A model generated the notes under the pieces. The model saw only the letters and a list, made by a program, of their open reading frames with translations, made no database searches and was not told the origin of the DNA. Positions 27,818-40,362 of a stretch of 64,000 bases of DNA are shown here, piece by piece. The translations under genes and the position numbers were made by a program. This stretch comes from an uncultured Acidobacteriota bacterium (GTDB taxonomy: Bacteria > Acidobacteriota > Vicinamibacteria > Vicinamibacterales > SCN-69-37): contig CAVTWK010000002.1 in NCBI GenBank assembly GCA_963738485.1, forward strand, positions 234,869-298,868, given 5' to 3'. Each line of letters opens with the position of its first letter. Positions within the stretch are counted from its first letter, which is position 1.

Positions 27818-30267
27818 GATTGAGAACCTGTATGGGGTTGACCCGCGTGGCGCGCCAGGCGGGCATCGCGCAGGCGACCAGAGCGACGACCGCCACGACG
27901 CCGGCGACGACGGAAAGCGTTACGGGATCGAGCGGGCTGACGTTGAACAGCATCGAGGACATTAGTCGCGTGAGCAGCGCGGAACCGGCCAGACCGACCA
28001 CGAGGCCGAGTGAGGCGAGCAACAGGCCCCGTCGCAGCACGAGTCCCAGAATCTCCCCCGGTGTCGCGCCCAGCGCCATCCGGATGGCGATCTCCTGGCG
28101 TCGCTCCGAGACGAGGTACGACAGGACGCCGTAGGTGCCGACCGCGGCCAGGGCCAGCGCCAGTCCCGCCAGCATGCCGAGGAGCACGGTCAGGAAGCGC
28201 GGACGCGCGATCGCGGCATCGATCACGTCCGTCATCGTCCGCATCCTGACGATCGGCAGCGTCGCGTCCTGCGCGCTGACCGCCTGCCGGAATCCTGTCG
28301 CCATCTGTTCGAGCGGCAGCTCCGCCCGGATGACCAGATTCATCTGCGTGGGCACATTGCCCCCGCCCCCGACGCGTCCACCCTGTTCGTAGAGCAGGTA
28401 GAGTTCCGTGCCCGTCGCCGACGACACGCCGCCCTGCTTGACGTCCTTGACGACGCCGACGACGGTGAACCAGGGCAGGGACGCGTTGAAGCCGGGCCTC
28501 AGGCGCTGGCCCAGCGGGTTCCGGTCGGTGAAGAACTTCTTGGCCGCCGTCTCGTTGATGAGCGCCACGGGGGCGCCTTCGATGTCCGCGCGCTCGAACC
28601 CGCGCCCGTCGAGCACGGGGATGCCCATGGTCGTCAGGTAGTTCACGGTGACGAACTGCCAGAAGTCCACGTTCTCGGCCGGGCCATCCGCAGGGGCCCG
28701 ATTGTTGGCGAGGTGTTCGAAGTCCGTGTCGTTCGCGTTCACGTTGCGCAGTGGTGGCAGCCCCGAGGCGGCCGCGACGGACTTGGCCCCGCCGACCTTC
28801 TGCAACTCGCCCGTGAGCCGGTCGAAGAACGCGACCCGCTGCGGCCCGGTGTACTGCGACCCGGGCAGCACGACGCCAAAAGTGTGGAGCGACGCCTTCT
28901 CGAAGCCCATGTCCACGCGGGTGAGATTCAGGAAGCTCCGCACGAGCAGGCCGGCGCCGACGACCAGCAGGACGGCGAGCGCGACCTCGGCGACGACGAG
29001 CGCGGACCGCAGACCGGCACGGGCGCTGCCCGTGGCCGAGCGATTGCCGGAGTCCTTGAGCGACTGCCCAATGCCGCCCCCAAGATGGAGCAGCGGCACC
29101 AGGCCGAAGATGAGCCCGGTGATGGCGGTGACGACGACAGTGAAGAGGAGCACGGGCATGTCGAGCCCGATCTCGGCCGTGCGCGGAATGGCGTCCGGGT
29201 TGACCGACAGCAGCAGGCGCAACCCGCCCCAGGCCAGGCCCATGCCGAGCACGGCGGCCGCGCCGGCGAGCAGCAGGCCCTCGGTTACGAGCTGGCGAAG
29301 CAGGCGGCCCCGTGAGGCCCCGAGCGCCGTGCGGACGGCGTACTCGCGGGCCCGCGTGTCGGCCCGCGCGATGAGCAGGTTGGCGAGGTTCGCGCACGCG
29401 ATGAGGAGGACAAAGGCGACCGCTCCCTGCAGGATCAGCAGTGCGAGCCGCACCGAGCCGATCATGTCTTCCTTGAGCGGGTCGATGCGAAAGCGATGGC
29501 CCGTGAGCGTGGGCACGTGGCCCGTCGGTACGCGGGTGCGCCACTGGCCGAGGATGACGTCGAGGTCGGCGCGCGCCTGCGCAGCGCTGAGTCCCGGCTT
29601 GAGGCGGCCGATCAGGTAGAGGTTGTGGTTGCCCCGGCGCGTGGCGAGTGTGGCCGGGTCGATCGTGAGGGGCTGATAGAGCTCGATCTTCTGACCGTGC
29701 ACATCGAACCCGCGCGGCATGATGCCGACCACCCTCGTCGTGATGTTGCTCAGGAGGACCGTGCGCCCGAGCGCGTCGGCGGCCCCACCGAAGGCCCGCT
29801 GCCACAGTTCCCAGGACAGGACGAGCACTGGTTCGGCACCCGGCGCCGAGTCGGCGGCGGTGAACAGGCGCCCGGCGGCAGGCTGGACGCCCAACGTCGG
29901 CAACAGCTCGGGCGTGACGATGGCCTGCACCACCCGGGTGGGGGGCGCGCTGTCCAGGTTCACTGCGCCTGTCGAGTAGGCGCCGACGGACGCGAAGCTC
30001 TGGTTCGCATCGCGGTACTCGAGGAACTCCGGCAGTGAGATCCAGAACTGATCGAAGCCGAGTCCCGGAAACTGGCTCGACACGAACTGCAGTTCTTCCG
30101 GGCGCTCGGTACGGCAGCGGCCTCAGGATGACGCCGTTGACGACGCTGAACACGGCCGTGTTGGCGCCGATGCCGAGCGCGAGTGTCAGCAACGTGACCG
30201 CGGTGAAGCCCGGCTGGCGGCGGAGCGAGCGCAGGGCGAAGACGAGATCCTTGCGGAGTGTGTCCAT
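27813..30267 (-). CDS. ADOP-family (MacB-like, duplicated FtsX) ABC permease; frame break near 30099-30103
   Basis: N-terminus [56 protein letters not shown] (frame of ORF 27685..30870) joins [22 protein letters not shown] (ORF 27813..30083). C-terminal [17 protein letters not shown]. Confidence 0.8.
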
Positions 30268-30690
30268 GTAGGCCTCGGGTGCGTGCGCTTCGCTGATCAA
30301 CGGCCGCGCGGGTCCTGTCCCTGCAACACGCACTTCGTCGATGCATTGGACGAGATTGCGCGGCGGCAGGTTGTGGGCGGCGCGCTTCAGCACGCCTCGC
30401 TGCGGGTCCTGCGGCCAAACAGCCCCACGCGATGCTCGCCGGCCAGGCCACGGGGACGGGGCGGCGGCTGCGCGTCGCGTGCGGCAGCCCCGCGGCGTCA
30501 CCCAGAGCGATGAGTGCTGAAACGCGGTCGACGCCCGTCGTGCCGGAGACGTCGAACCCGCTCCTGGCGTCACCCGAGCAGCGAGGCGTGCCGTGTCACC
30601 ATCGCGCAATGAGTTCCGTGACCTGTGTCGGCGCTCGCATGCGGCGATCGCGGTCAACTGACATGGGCCTGCGCGGTTTCGGTCACCTTG

Positions 30691-32212
30691 ATGCGCGCAG
30701 CCGCGTCGATCCGGGGGACCGCCCAGGCCGCGCCCTTCGATCTGCTCGTCGCCAACGCGCGGGTCGTCGATGGCACCGGCAATCCTTGGGTGCGCGCCGA
30801 CGTCGGGGTTCGCGGGGACCGCGATGGCGGCGGTCGGTCGCCTCGCGGGGCAGCCGGCGACGGTGGTCATCGACGCGGCCGGCCGCGTCGTGGCTCCCGG
30901 CTACATCGATGTGCACTCACACGCCGTGCAGTCCCTGGGCCAGGCCACGCTCCGGCAGGCCGACGCGTTGCTCGCGCAGGGGGTCACGACAATCATCGGC
31001 AATCCCGACGGCGGAGGGCCGACCGATCTCGCCGCCCAGGCGGCGACCCTTGCCCGCGACGGCATCGGCGTCAACGTGGCGCTGCTGATCGGTCACGGCA
31101 GCGTGCGGAGCGCCGTGCTGGGGGGCGGCAATCGCCAGCCCACGCCTGCCGAACTCGACCGCATGCGGGCGCTCGTGCGACAGGCGGTCGCCGACGGCGC
31201 GTTCGGCCTGTCGAGCGGGCTGTTCTATACGCCCGGCCGCTACGCCCGAACCGAGGAGGTCATCTCGCTGGCGCGCGAGGCGGGTGGCGTCTACACCAGC
31301 CACATCCGCGATGAGGGCACGTACGACGTCGGGGTGGTGGCCTCGGTGGACGAGGTCATCCGGATTGCCGAGGAAGCCGGCGTCCGCGGCGTCGTCTCCC
31401 ACATGAAGGCGCTGGGGCCGGACAGCTGGGGCCAGTCCGCGACGCTCGTCGAGCACATCAGTCGGGCCAGGGCGAGGGGCGTCGAGGTGTTCGCGGACCA
31501 GTATCCCTACGAGGCGTCGTCCACCAGCCTCGCGGCGGCCGTGATGCCGGGCGAGAGCGGCGCCGGCGCCAAGGAAGCGATGGAAGGCGGCGAATCACGG
31601 GAGAAGTTCCTGGCGATTGTCCGCGAGAACATCCGCCGCCGTGGCGGCCCGACGTCGATCGTCATCGCCTCGGGACGCGGGGCCGTGGGCCTGATCGGCC
31701 AGTCCCTCGAAGAGATCGCCCGCGCCCGGCAAATCACCTCGGAGGTAATTGCTACGGAAATTGTCATCGCGGGTGGGGCGTCGATCGTGTCGTTCAACAT
31801 GTCGGATGACGACATCGACCGAATCATGCGTCAGCCGTGGACGATGGGGTCGAGCGATGGCGGGCTGAGCCTGCCGGGCAGCGGCCAGCCGCACCCCAGG
31901 AACAACGGGGCGTTCGCGCGCCGTCTCGCGAAGTACGTGCGGGAGCGCGGCGTGCTGACGCTCGAGGAGGCGGTGCGGACGTCCACCAGCCTGCCCGCGA
32001 TGGTCTTCGGCCTGGTCGATCGCGGACTCCTACGCGCGGGCGCCGTCGCCGACCTCATCCTGTTCGACCCGGCCAAGGTTCAGGACAGGGCGACCTACAC
32101 CGACCCGCATCAACTCGCCGTCGGCGTGGACCTGGTGACCATCAATGGCCGCGTCGCCTGGCGCGACGGCAAGAGCACCGGCGCGTTGGCGGGAAAGGTG
32201 CTGAAGCGGTGA
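30691..32212 (+). CDS. D-aminoacylase / N-acyl-D-amino-acid deacylase family amidohydrolase; frame break near 30820
   Basis: [29 protein letters not shown] (ORF 30625..) continues as [32 protein letters not shown] (ORF 30770..). [10 protein letters not shown] and FDP...V.DRATY motifs are present. Confidence 0.8.
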
Positions 32213-32238
32213 TGGACCCGCGCAACGGCCAAGCGCCG

Positions 32239-33711
<1,473 letters not shown>

Positions 33712-33756
33712 GGGTCATTCTACGTGGCGCGATTGGGTCCGGTTGGCCCTGAGGTA

Positions 33757-34106
33757 GTCCCCGTAGCCCGTGCGCCGTTTACAGTGGGCCGTAGCCCGCA
33801 GCCCGTAGCCCGTTCGCCGTTGTCCGTCTGCTGTCTGCGGTCTGCCGTAGCCCGTCTGTCGTCTGCCGAGTCCGTAGCCCGTCGGCCGTGGGTCGTAGTC
33901 TGTAGCCCGTCTGCCGTAGCCCGTTGTCCGTAGCTCGTGGGCCGTCTTGCCGTAGCCCGTGGTCCGTAGCCCGTCTGCCGTCTGCCGTAGCCCGTTCGCC
34001 GTAGCCCGTCTGCCGTCGGCCGTCGGCCGTAGTCCGTAGCCCGTCTGCTGTCTGCCGTCTCCCGTAGCCCGTTTTCCGTCTCCCGTGGCCCGTCTGCCGC
34101 CGTAGT
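33757..34106 (+). repeat. degenerate heptanucleotide array (unit GTNNNCC, i.e. NNNCCGT), about 50 consecutive units, 13 copies of GTAGCCCG
   Basis: Read directly, for example GTCTGCC GTCTGCC GTAGCCC GTTCGCC GTAGCCC GTCTGCC GTCGGCC GTCGGCC GTAGTCC GTAGCCC. It fills the divergent phr / S9 peptidase intergenic region. Confidence 0.9.
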
Positions 34107-34160
34107 ACACTGGCGCCGCCGGTCCGGTTTCGACCCCGCCGGCATCCAGAGGAGAGTGTC

Positions 34161-36452
34161 ATGTCCGCTCGTCGCACGCGCGCCCACGCGGGCCGCCAGG
34201 CTGTCGTTGCCGCTGCGGTCTTGTCCGCCGCGGCCCTGTCTGCGCAGGGGCCCGCGCAGGTCCCCCAGCTCGACCGGCTCAAGGGCTTGCCGGGCGTCGA
34301 TCAGTTCACGAAGATGCAGGACGCCCTTCGCACCGGCGGTCCCGCGCTCGTATCGGGGGCCCTGCCGACGACGTGGGCCGGCGACGGGCAGTCGTTCACG
34401 TACGCGTTCGGCGGCAAGCTCCATCGGTTCGAGGTCGCGAGCGGAAAGCCGGTCGAGATCGGCGACGCCCCTGTGGCCGGCGGCGGCGCCGGCGGTGGGC
34501 GCGGCGCGGGCGGACGTGGCGGCGGTCTGCCGCCTGGTGGGGGCGTCGCGCCGGCCGGCGGCGGTGCCGGCGGGCGCGGTGGTCGAGGGGGCGCGACGAC
34601 GCTGCCCTCGGGCGCCCCGAACCCCTGCCCGGTCGAGCAGGTGGCGCGGGGACGTCAGAGCAGCCTGCGCGCCCTCGCCCGACGGCAAGATGAAGGCCTA
34701 CTACCGCGACCGCAATCTCTACCTCAGCAACGCGGACGGGTCTGGCGAAGTGGCGCTATCGACGGACGGCGACGAGAAGAAGCGCATCAAATACGGCGTC
34801 GGCAGCTGGGTCTATGGCGAGGAACTGGGTCAGACGACGGCCATCTGGTGGTCCCCCGATGCGACCAAGGTCGGCTTCTACCGGTTCGACGAGAGCCCGG
34901 TGAAGGACTACTTCCTGCAGATGGATCAGACGCAGGTCCACACGTCGCTCGACGTCGAGGCGTACCCGAAGGCCGGCACCGACAATCCGATTGCCGACGT
35001 GCTCGTCTACGACATCGCGACGAAGAAGAGCACGACGCTCGACATTCGCGACGGCAAGCCGTTCACCAACGACGTCGTCGGGCACTACGTCTACGCCATG
35101 CAGTGGGCCGCCGACGGCACCGAACTGCTGATGAACCGCACGAATCGGCGCCAGCAGGTCATGGAGCTGGTCGGCTGCGCGCCGGCCACGGGCGAAGTGC
35201 CGCGTCATCGTGCGCGAGGAATGGCCGACCGGCTGGGTGGACAACCGGCCGCAGATGCGGCTGCTCGAGGACGGGAAGCGGTTCATCTGGGAATCCGATC
35301 GCAACGGCTGGACCAACTACTACCTCTACGATCTGAGCGGCAAGCTGATCAACCCGATCACGACGCTCACGACGTCCGAAGCCGGCGCGATCGTCAAGCT
35401 GGATGAGAAGGCGGGCGTGCATGTTCTACATGGCGCGCGACGGTGACGACTACATGAAGCTGCAGCTGCATCGCGTGGGGCTCGACGGCCGGGGCGACGT
35501 GCGCCTCACCGATCCCGCGTTCACGCACGCCGTGACGATGTCGCCGGACAACCGCTACTTCGTCGATGTGTACCAGGCGCACGACGCGCCGCCCGCGACG
35601 CGGCTCGTGGACATGACGGGCAAGGTCGTGGCCGAGCTGGCCAAGAGCGACCTCTCACGCTTCACGCAGCTCGGCCTCAAGACGCGTCGAGATGTTCACC
35701 TACAAGGCGGCCGACGGCAAGACGACGCTTTACGGAACGATCGCGTTTCCGTCGAACTTCGATCCGTCGAAGAAGTATCCGACGCTGGTGCCCGTGTATG
35801 GCGGCCCGGCCTCGGGCAGCAACGTCCCGACTGCGAGACGTTCGTGACGCCAAGCCCGACGACCGAGTACGGGTTCCTCGTCGTCAACCTGAGCTCGCGC
35901 GCGGCGCCGGGCATGGGACGCCGGACGCTCGACTCGATCTATCTGAAGCTCGGTCAGACGGAAATGGACGACATGGCCGAAGGCATCAAGGCGCTCTGGT
36001 CGCGCCCGTACTTCGACAAGGCGCGCGTCGGCATCTACGGCACGTCGTACGGCGGCTACACGGCCGCGATGCAGATCCTGCGCTATCCGGACGTGTTCAC
36101 CGTCGCGGTGGCCAGTTCGGCGGTCACCGACTGGCGGCACTACGACACGATTTACACCGAGCGCTACATGTGGATCCCGCAGGAGAACAAGGAGGGGTAC
36201 GACGAGGGCAGCGCGATGCCGTACGCGGCGAACCTCAAGGGCCGCCTGCTGATCTACTACGGCACGGCGGACAACAACGTCCATCCGAACAACGCCATGC
36301 AGCTTATTCGCGCGCTGCAGGCCGCGGGCAAGAGCTTCGAGGTGCAGGTCGGGCCCGATCTGGGCCATACCGGCGTGAACAACGGGCGGATGATGGAGTT
36401 CTTCATCGAGAACATGGTCGTCCGGCCGGAGCGGGTGCTGGTCGGCGGATAG
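34161..36452 (+). pseudogene. S9 family peptidase (DPP-IV / prolyl oligopeptidase-like) interrupted by at least 5 frameshifts as assembled
   Basis: Pieces in alternating frames: signal peptide and Gly/Arg-rich region (34161..); APSPDGKMKAYYRDRNLYLSN...; CRVIVREEWPTGWVDNRPQMRLLEDGKRFIWESDRNGW...; MFYMARDGDDYMKLQLHRVGLDG...; VEMFTYKAADGKTTLYGTIAFPSNFDPSKKYPTLVPVYGGPASGSN; ETFVTPSPTTEYGF...GIYGTSYGGY (catalytic Ser)...ADNNVHP. Breaks lie at about 34660, 35190, 35419, 35686 and 35838. Confidence 0.6.
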
Positions 36453-36500
36453 TGCCAACGAGTCGTCGCATGCCAGGGTCTCCTGAGATGAAGGCGCGCC

Positions 36501-37370
36501 TCAACGGGGCAGTGCCGCCAGCCGGGCGCGCGCCTCTTCGGCCCACGGCGACGACGTGTCAATCCGAAGCATCGCGTCCCAGGCCTGCCTGGCGGTTGCG
36601 ATGTCGCCGAGGGCCTCAGCCGCCAGCGCCTGATTGAAGAGCGCCGCCGCCGACCGCGGGTCGATCGTCACGGCGCGCTCCGCCTCGCGCCTGGCCGCCT
36701 CGGCGTCATCGCGGACACCGCCGCGGCGATAGCGTTCGAAGTACGCCGCCGCCAGGTCGCTATGCGACGCCGCGCGGTCGCTGGCGGCGTCACGCGCGCT
36801 TGCCAGTGCGACGATGGCCGCGTCCACGTTGCCCAGCGCCAGCAGCGCGAGTCCTCGGGCGTGGAGGGCCTGAGCGTCGCGTCGGTCTGCCGCGGCCTCG
36901 AGCAGCCGTGTCGCTGCCAGGCGGGCCGCGGATGACGCGCTCGCCTCGGTGCCCCTCACCGCGCCCGGACGCGGGGCCCAGCCGGCGCCGTCCAACCGGC
37001 TCTCCACCCACCGTGACGAGGCCGCCGACGTCGCGAGCGCGGCGATCGGCTCATCGAGTGGCGCCGGTCGGAACACCAGCCAGAGCCCCACCAGGAGCAG
37101 CGCCGCGGCGCCCGCGGCCATCGCCGCGACCCTCCTCCAGTTCGACGGGCGATCGGCCGCGACCCGGCGCGTCGGGACGTCCACGGCTGCGGCAATGGTC
37201 ATTGCCTCCATCGCGTCGCCTGCCTCCACCCACACCTCCCGGCACGCGTCGCAGTCGGCCAGGTGACGCTCGATCGCCGCGCGGTCCTCGGCACTCAGGC
37301 GCTGGTCGATGTACGCCGCCAGCGTCTCCAAGTCCGGATGCCCGGCTCCCTGTGAACGTGGGTCGCTCAC
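36501..37370 (-). CDS. anti-sigma factor (zf-HC2 N-terminus, one TM helix, TPR-like periplasmic domain)
   Basis: LETLAAYIDQRLSAEDRAAIERHLADCDACREVW, TM helix VAAMAAGAAALLLVGLWLVF, and Ala-rich helical repeats. GTG start. Confidence 0.75.
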   Translation of the reverse strand: MSDPRSQGAGHPDLETLAAYIDQRLSAEDRAAIERHLADCDACREVWVEAGDAMEAMTIAAAVDVPTRRVAADRPSNWRRVAAMAAGAAALLLVGLWLVFRPAPLDEPIAALATSAASSRWVESRLDGAGWAPRPGAVRGTEASASSAARLAATRLLEAAADRRDAQALHARGLALLALGNVDAAIVALASARDAASDRAASHSDLAAAYFERYRRGGVRDDAEAARREAERAVTIDPRSAAALFNQALAAEALGDIATARQAWDAMLRIDTSSPWAEEARARLAALPR

Positions 37371-37451
37371 GTCGCCCTCACATTCGCAGCTGGGGAGCCG
37401 CCGCGTCGCCTTGTGAGACGGACACCGCCGGGAGGTTCCCGGATCGCCCGG

Positions 37452-37820
37452 TCATTCATCGAGGTCCTCCAGCAGGGCCAGGCCCCGGCGCTCCAGCAGG
37501 TCGAGCATCTCGTCGCGGGTGAGGCCCCGCGCTTCCAGGGCCGTCCGCAGTTCCTTCGCCAGTCGGTCGCCCAGACGGAAGAACAACTTGGCCTCGATCC
37601 CCAGCATCCGTGCGATGGCCACCTGCGTCAGGTTGTCGTAGAACCGCAGCTTGATGATCAACCGATCTCTGGGCGAGAGGGCGTCGAGCACCTGCCCCAG
37701 GATGCGCCGCACGCGGCCTCTTTGCGCTCGTCGCCGTAGATGTGGTGCCTGGCGCAGATGCGCCGGGTGCCCTTCTCAACGAGGTCTTTTGTGCGCGATG
37801 AACAGAGCGTTGGCGCCCAC
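37452..37820 (-). pseudogene. ECF-type sigma factor remnant: intact region 4, sigma2.1-like N-terminus in other frames, and no recognisable sigma2.2-2.4
   Basis: Region 4 is LDALSPRDRLIIKLRFYDNLTQVAIARMLGIEAKLFFRLGDRLAKELRTAL (ORF 37452..37712). Upstream frames give ANALFIAHK / DLVEKGTRRICARHHIYGDERKEAA, with breaks at an A4 run near 37775 and near 37715. Confidence 0.4.
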
Positions 37821-38181
37821 TGCAGGCTGTTGGGGAGGCAGGTGGGCCAGGAAACGTCGCCGGATTCTGCGGGGAACCGCCGCGCTCTCTCAAACGGCCG
37901 CGACCGGTCAGTGACGACCCGAGCGTCCAGCCGTCGCGTCTTGCCGCGAACCGAAATCTGCGGTGCGTGTCCGTCGAGAGAAGCGCGGTCTCTGCGGGGA
38001 GCGGAGGACTGGAGGCCTCACGGGGTGTTCCCAGGTGGCCAAGAGACAGGGCCGGCGTGTGTGCGCCGGCCCTGCCGCGTACGCGCGCGTTCCGTGGTTC
38101 CTGCGCCTCGTGAGAATCCCGCCGCCATGTCCGTCCACTCGCGTGAGCGACGACATCAGTGGTCGCCGCGACGAGGTCCCT

Positions 38182-39177
38182 ATGTTCGAGTCCGCCGTCA
38201 CCAGCAGTGCCACCTCCGCCGATCTGGCGCCGATCGACCACGTCAGCCGACTCGCCGCACTCCCGCGCGCGATCGACGCGCTCCTGCGCCTCGACCGTCC
38301 GCAGGCGCGGCCCGAATCGTTCGACCCGGTGTACCTCAACGATCTCGGAAGCGCCGGCCACGCCGTCTGCAGCGCGCTGTTCGCCGCGGAGCGCAACGGC
38401 GAAGATGTCGAGTCCTTGAAGCGACAGCTCGCGCGGGTGCGCGAGATGCATGCGCGCGCGCCCTTTATCGCCAGGCTCCAGACCTGGCCGCGCGGCTATG
38501 CAGGGGACTTCGAGACGATCGAGTACCTGTGGCGTGGCCGCGCGGCCGGGGCAGACCTGACCGGGGCCTGCCTCGAGCGCCTGGCGCTCAACAGTCCGAT
38601 CGCGCAGCAGCACCGCAACAAGGTCGTCGCGCAGGCCGCGCGCATCCGTGCGGCGGTGGCCCAGCCCTCCGCCCGCATCCTCGTGCTGGCCTGCGGCAGC
38701 GCGCCAGACCTGCGCACGGCGGGCGTTTCGCCCGCAGACCTCGCCGACGCCGAGGTCATCCTGACCGACGCCGATCCGGACGCCATCGCGTTCGCACGGA
38801 TTCAGCTCGGGGCCCTGGCCGACCGGTGTGATTTCGAGGCGGTGGATGCGCTGCGGGCCCTCCGGCGCGCGACCGGTCAGTTCGATCTCATCCTCGCCGG
38901 GGGACTGTTCGACTATCTGCCCGACCGCGTGTGCCGCCGGCTCATCAACCTGGCCGTCGATCGCCTCACGGCGGGCGGCGAGTTCTTCTTCACCAACATC
39001 GCCGCCGGCAACCCGTACCGCACCTGGATCGAGTACTTCGGCGACTGGCGCCTCATCGAGCGGAGTGAGGTCCAGCTCCAGGGGTTGGTGGAGGGACTGG
39101 CCGGATGCGAGTGCCAGGTCGAACGCGATCAGACGGGGCTCGCGCTGCTGGTGTCCGTGAGGCGCCGACACGCCTGA
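38182..39177 (+). CDS. class I SAM-dependent methyltransferase
   Basis: WPRGYAGDFETIEYL, motif I ILVLACGSAPDL, FDLILAGGLFDYL. Start set at the internal ATG 38182 of ORF 37963... Confidence 0.75.
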   Translation: MFESAVTSSATSADLAPIDHVSRLAALPRAIDALLRLDRPQARPESFDPVYLNDLGSAGHAVCSALFAAERNGEDVESLKRQLARVREMHARAPFIARLQTWPRGYAGDFETIEYLWRGRAAGADLTGACLERLALNSPIAQQHRNKVVAQAARIRAAVAQPSARILVLACGSAPDLRTAGVSPADLADAEVILTDADPDAIAFARIQLGALADRCDFEAVDALRALRRATGQFDLILAGGLFDYLPDRVCRRLINLAVDRLTAGGEFFFTNIAAGNPYRTWIEYFGDWRLIERSEVQLQGLVEGLAGCECQVERDQTGLALLVSVRRRHA

Positions 39178-39255
39178 TGCCTCCCCGGGCCGCGGGCGGC
39201 TCGCACCCATCCCCGTGGATTCACGATACGCTGAGGGGTAGTCGGTACCCCATCC

Positions 39256-40101
39256 ATGCTTCGCACCACCCTCATCGTCGTCTCCGTCCTCGCCCTCGTG
39301 TCGGCCGCCGGCATCGCGTTGACCAAGCGGTTGACGGGGTCGTTTCTGCCGCCGACGGCCAGCTCGTCGTCCGGACCGGCCGCGATCACGTCGGGCCGTG
39401 AGGTGGCCCTGAGTTTCTCGGATCGGCCGCGCGCCCTGCCGGCGTTCTCGCTGCGGGACCTGAACGGGCAGCCGCTATCGTCCGAACTGGGACGAGGCAA
39501 GGTCGTCCTGGTGAATTTCTGGGCGACGTGGTGCGGCCCATGCAAGGACGAGTTGCCGATGCTGGTGGCGCTGCAGGCGCACTACCGCGACCAATTGCAG
39601 ATCATCGGCCTGTCGATCGACACCAAGCCCGAGGACGAGGTTCGTGCCTTCGTCGCGGAGTTCAAGCTGAACTATCCGAACGCGATCGCCCCGGCCGAAC
39701 TGGTCGAGGCGTTCGGCGGCGTGGACGTGGTGCCGGCGACCTATGTCGTCTCGCCCGACGGGCAGATCGTGCAGCGGCGCATCGGCCTGCTCGATCCGAG
39801 CCGCACCGAACACGAAGTGCGGTCGCTGGCCGGGCTGTTCACCGAGGCGACGGTCGCCTACGTGAAGGACACGGGGCAGGTCCTTCTGGAGAATGCCGCA
39901 TATGCCACGGAAATTCCCGGTGTCGATCTGACCACGCTGACGCCAGCGCAGAAGGAGACCGCGCTCAAGCGCCTGAACACCGAGCCGTGCGCGTGCGGGT
40001 GCGGGCTGACGCTGGCGCAATGCCGCATCAACGACCCGGCGTGCGACGTGAGCCCGGGTCTGGCCAGGGCCGTGGTTGCCGCGGTCAAAACCGGCAAGTA
40101 G
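39256..40101 (+). CDS. TlpA-family thiol:disulfide oxidoreductase with a C-terminal Cys-rich extension
   Basis: N-terminal anchor, VVLVNFWATWCGPCKDELP, and a C-terminal CACGCGLTLAQCRINDPAC. Confidence 0.85.
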   Translation: MLRTTLIVVSVLALVSAAGIALTKRLTGSFLPPTASSSSGPAAITSGREVALSFSDRPRALPAFSLRDLNGQPLSSELGRGKVVLVNFWATWCGPCKDELPMLVALQAHYRDQLQIIGLSIDTKPEDEVRAFVAEFKLNYPNAIAPAELVEAFGGVDVVPATYVVSPDGQIVQRRIGLLDPSRTEHEVRSLAGLFTEATVAYVKDTGQVLLENAAYATEIPGVDLTTLTPAQKETALKRLNTEPCACGCGLTLAQCRINDPACDVSPGLARAVVAAVKTGK

Positions 40102-40118
40102 CTCCGGCAGGAAGCACG

Positions 40119-40150
40119 GCTGTCCGAACCCGGACAGCTTCACGCTTTTG
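40119..40150 (+). terminator. candidate intrinsic terminator after the tlpA-like gene
   Basis: GCTGTCCG-AACC-CGGACAGC followed by TTCACGCTTTT. Confidence 0.5.
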
Positions 40151-40362
40151 GACGCCCGTGTTCGGACTTCATGAATCCGGGATGAGCCGCACTCGCCCGG
40201 GCTCACACCTCCTGCGACCTTCCTCGTCAAGTGTTTTTCTGCCAACAAGTTACGTTTAGGGATGACTTGTGCCCGCTCCGGGGCGAGCTGGCCGGGTATT
40301 TGCAGACTTATCCCCTAACTATGGCCGTTGACGGCCGATTTATGTCATTTGGAGGATTTGGT

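Noticed and set aside
33715-34110. Repetitive proteins translated from the arrays, for example ORF 33715..34110 (RATGDG/TGYG repeats), ORF 16172..17005 (GFTAEGRS repeats) and ORF 45628..46017.
   Set aside because: They are artefacts of translating nucleotide word arrays. The 7-nt or 17-18-nt periods are not codon multiples, no start context exists, and they run through intergenic space between well-defined genes.
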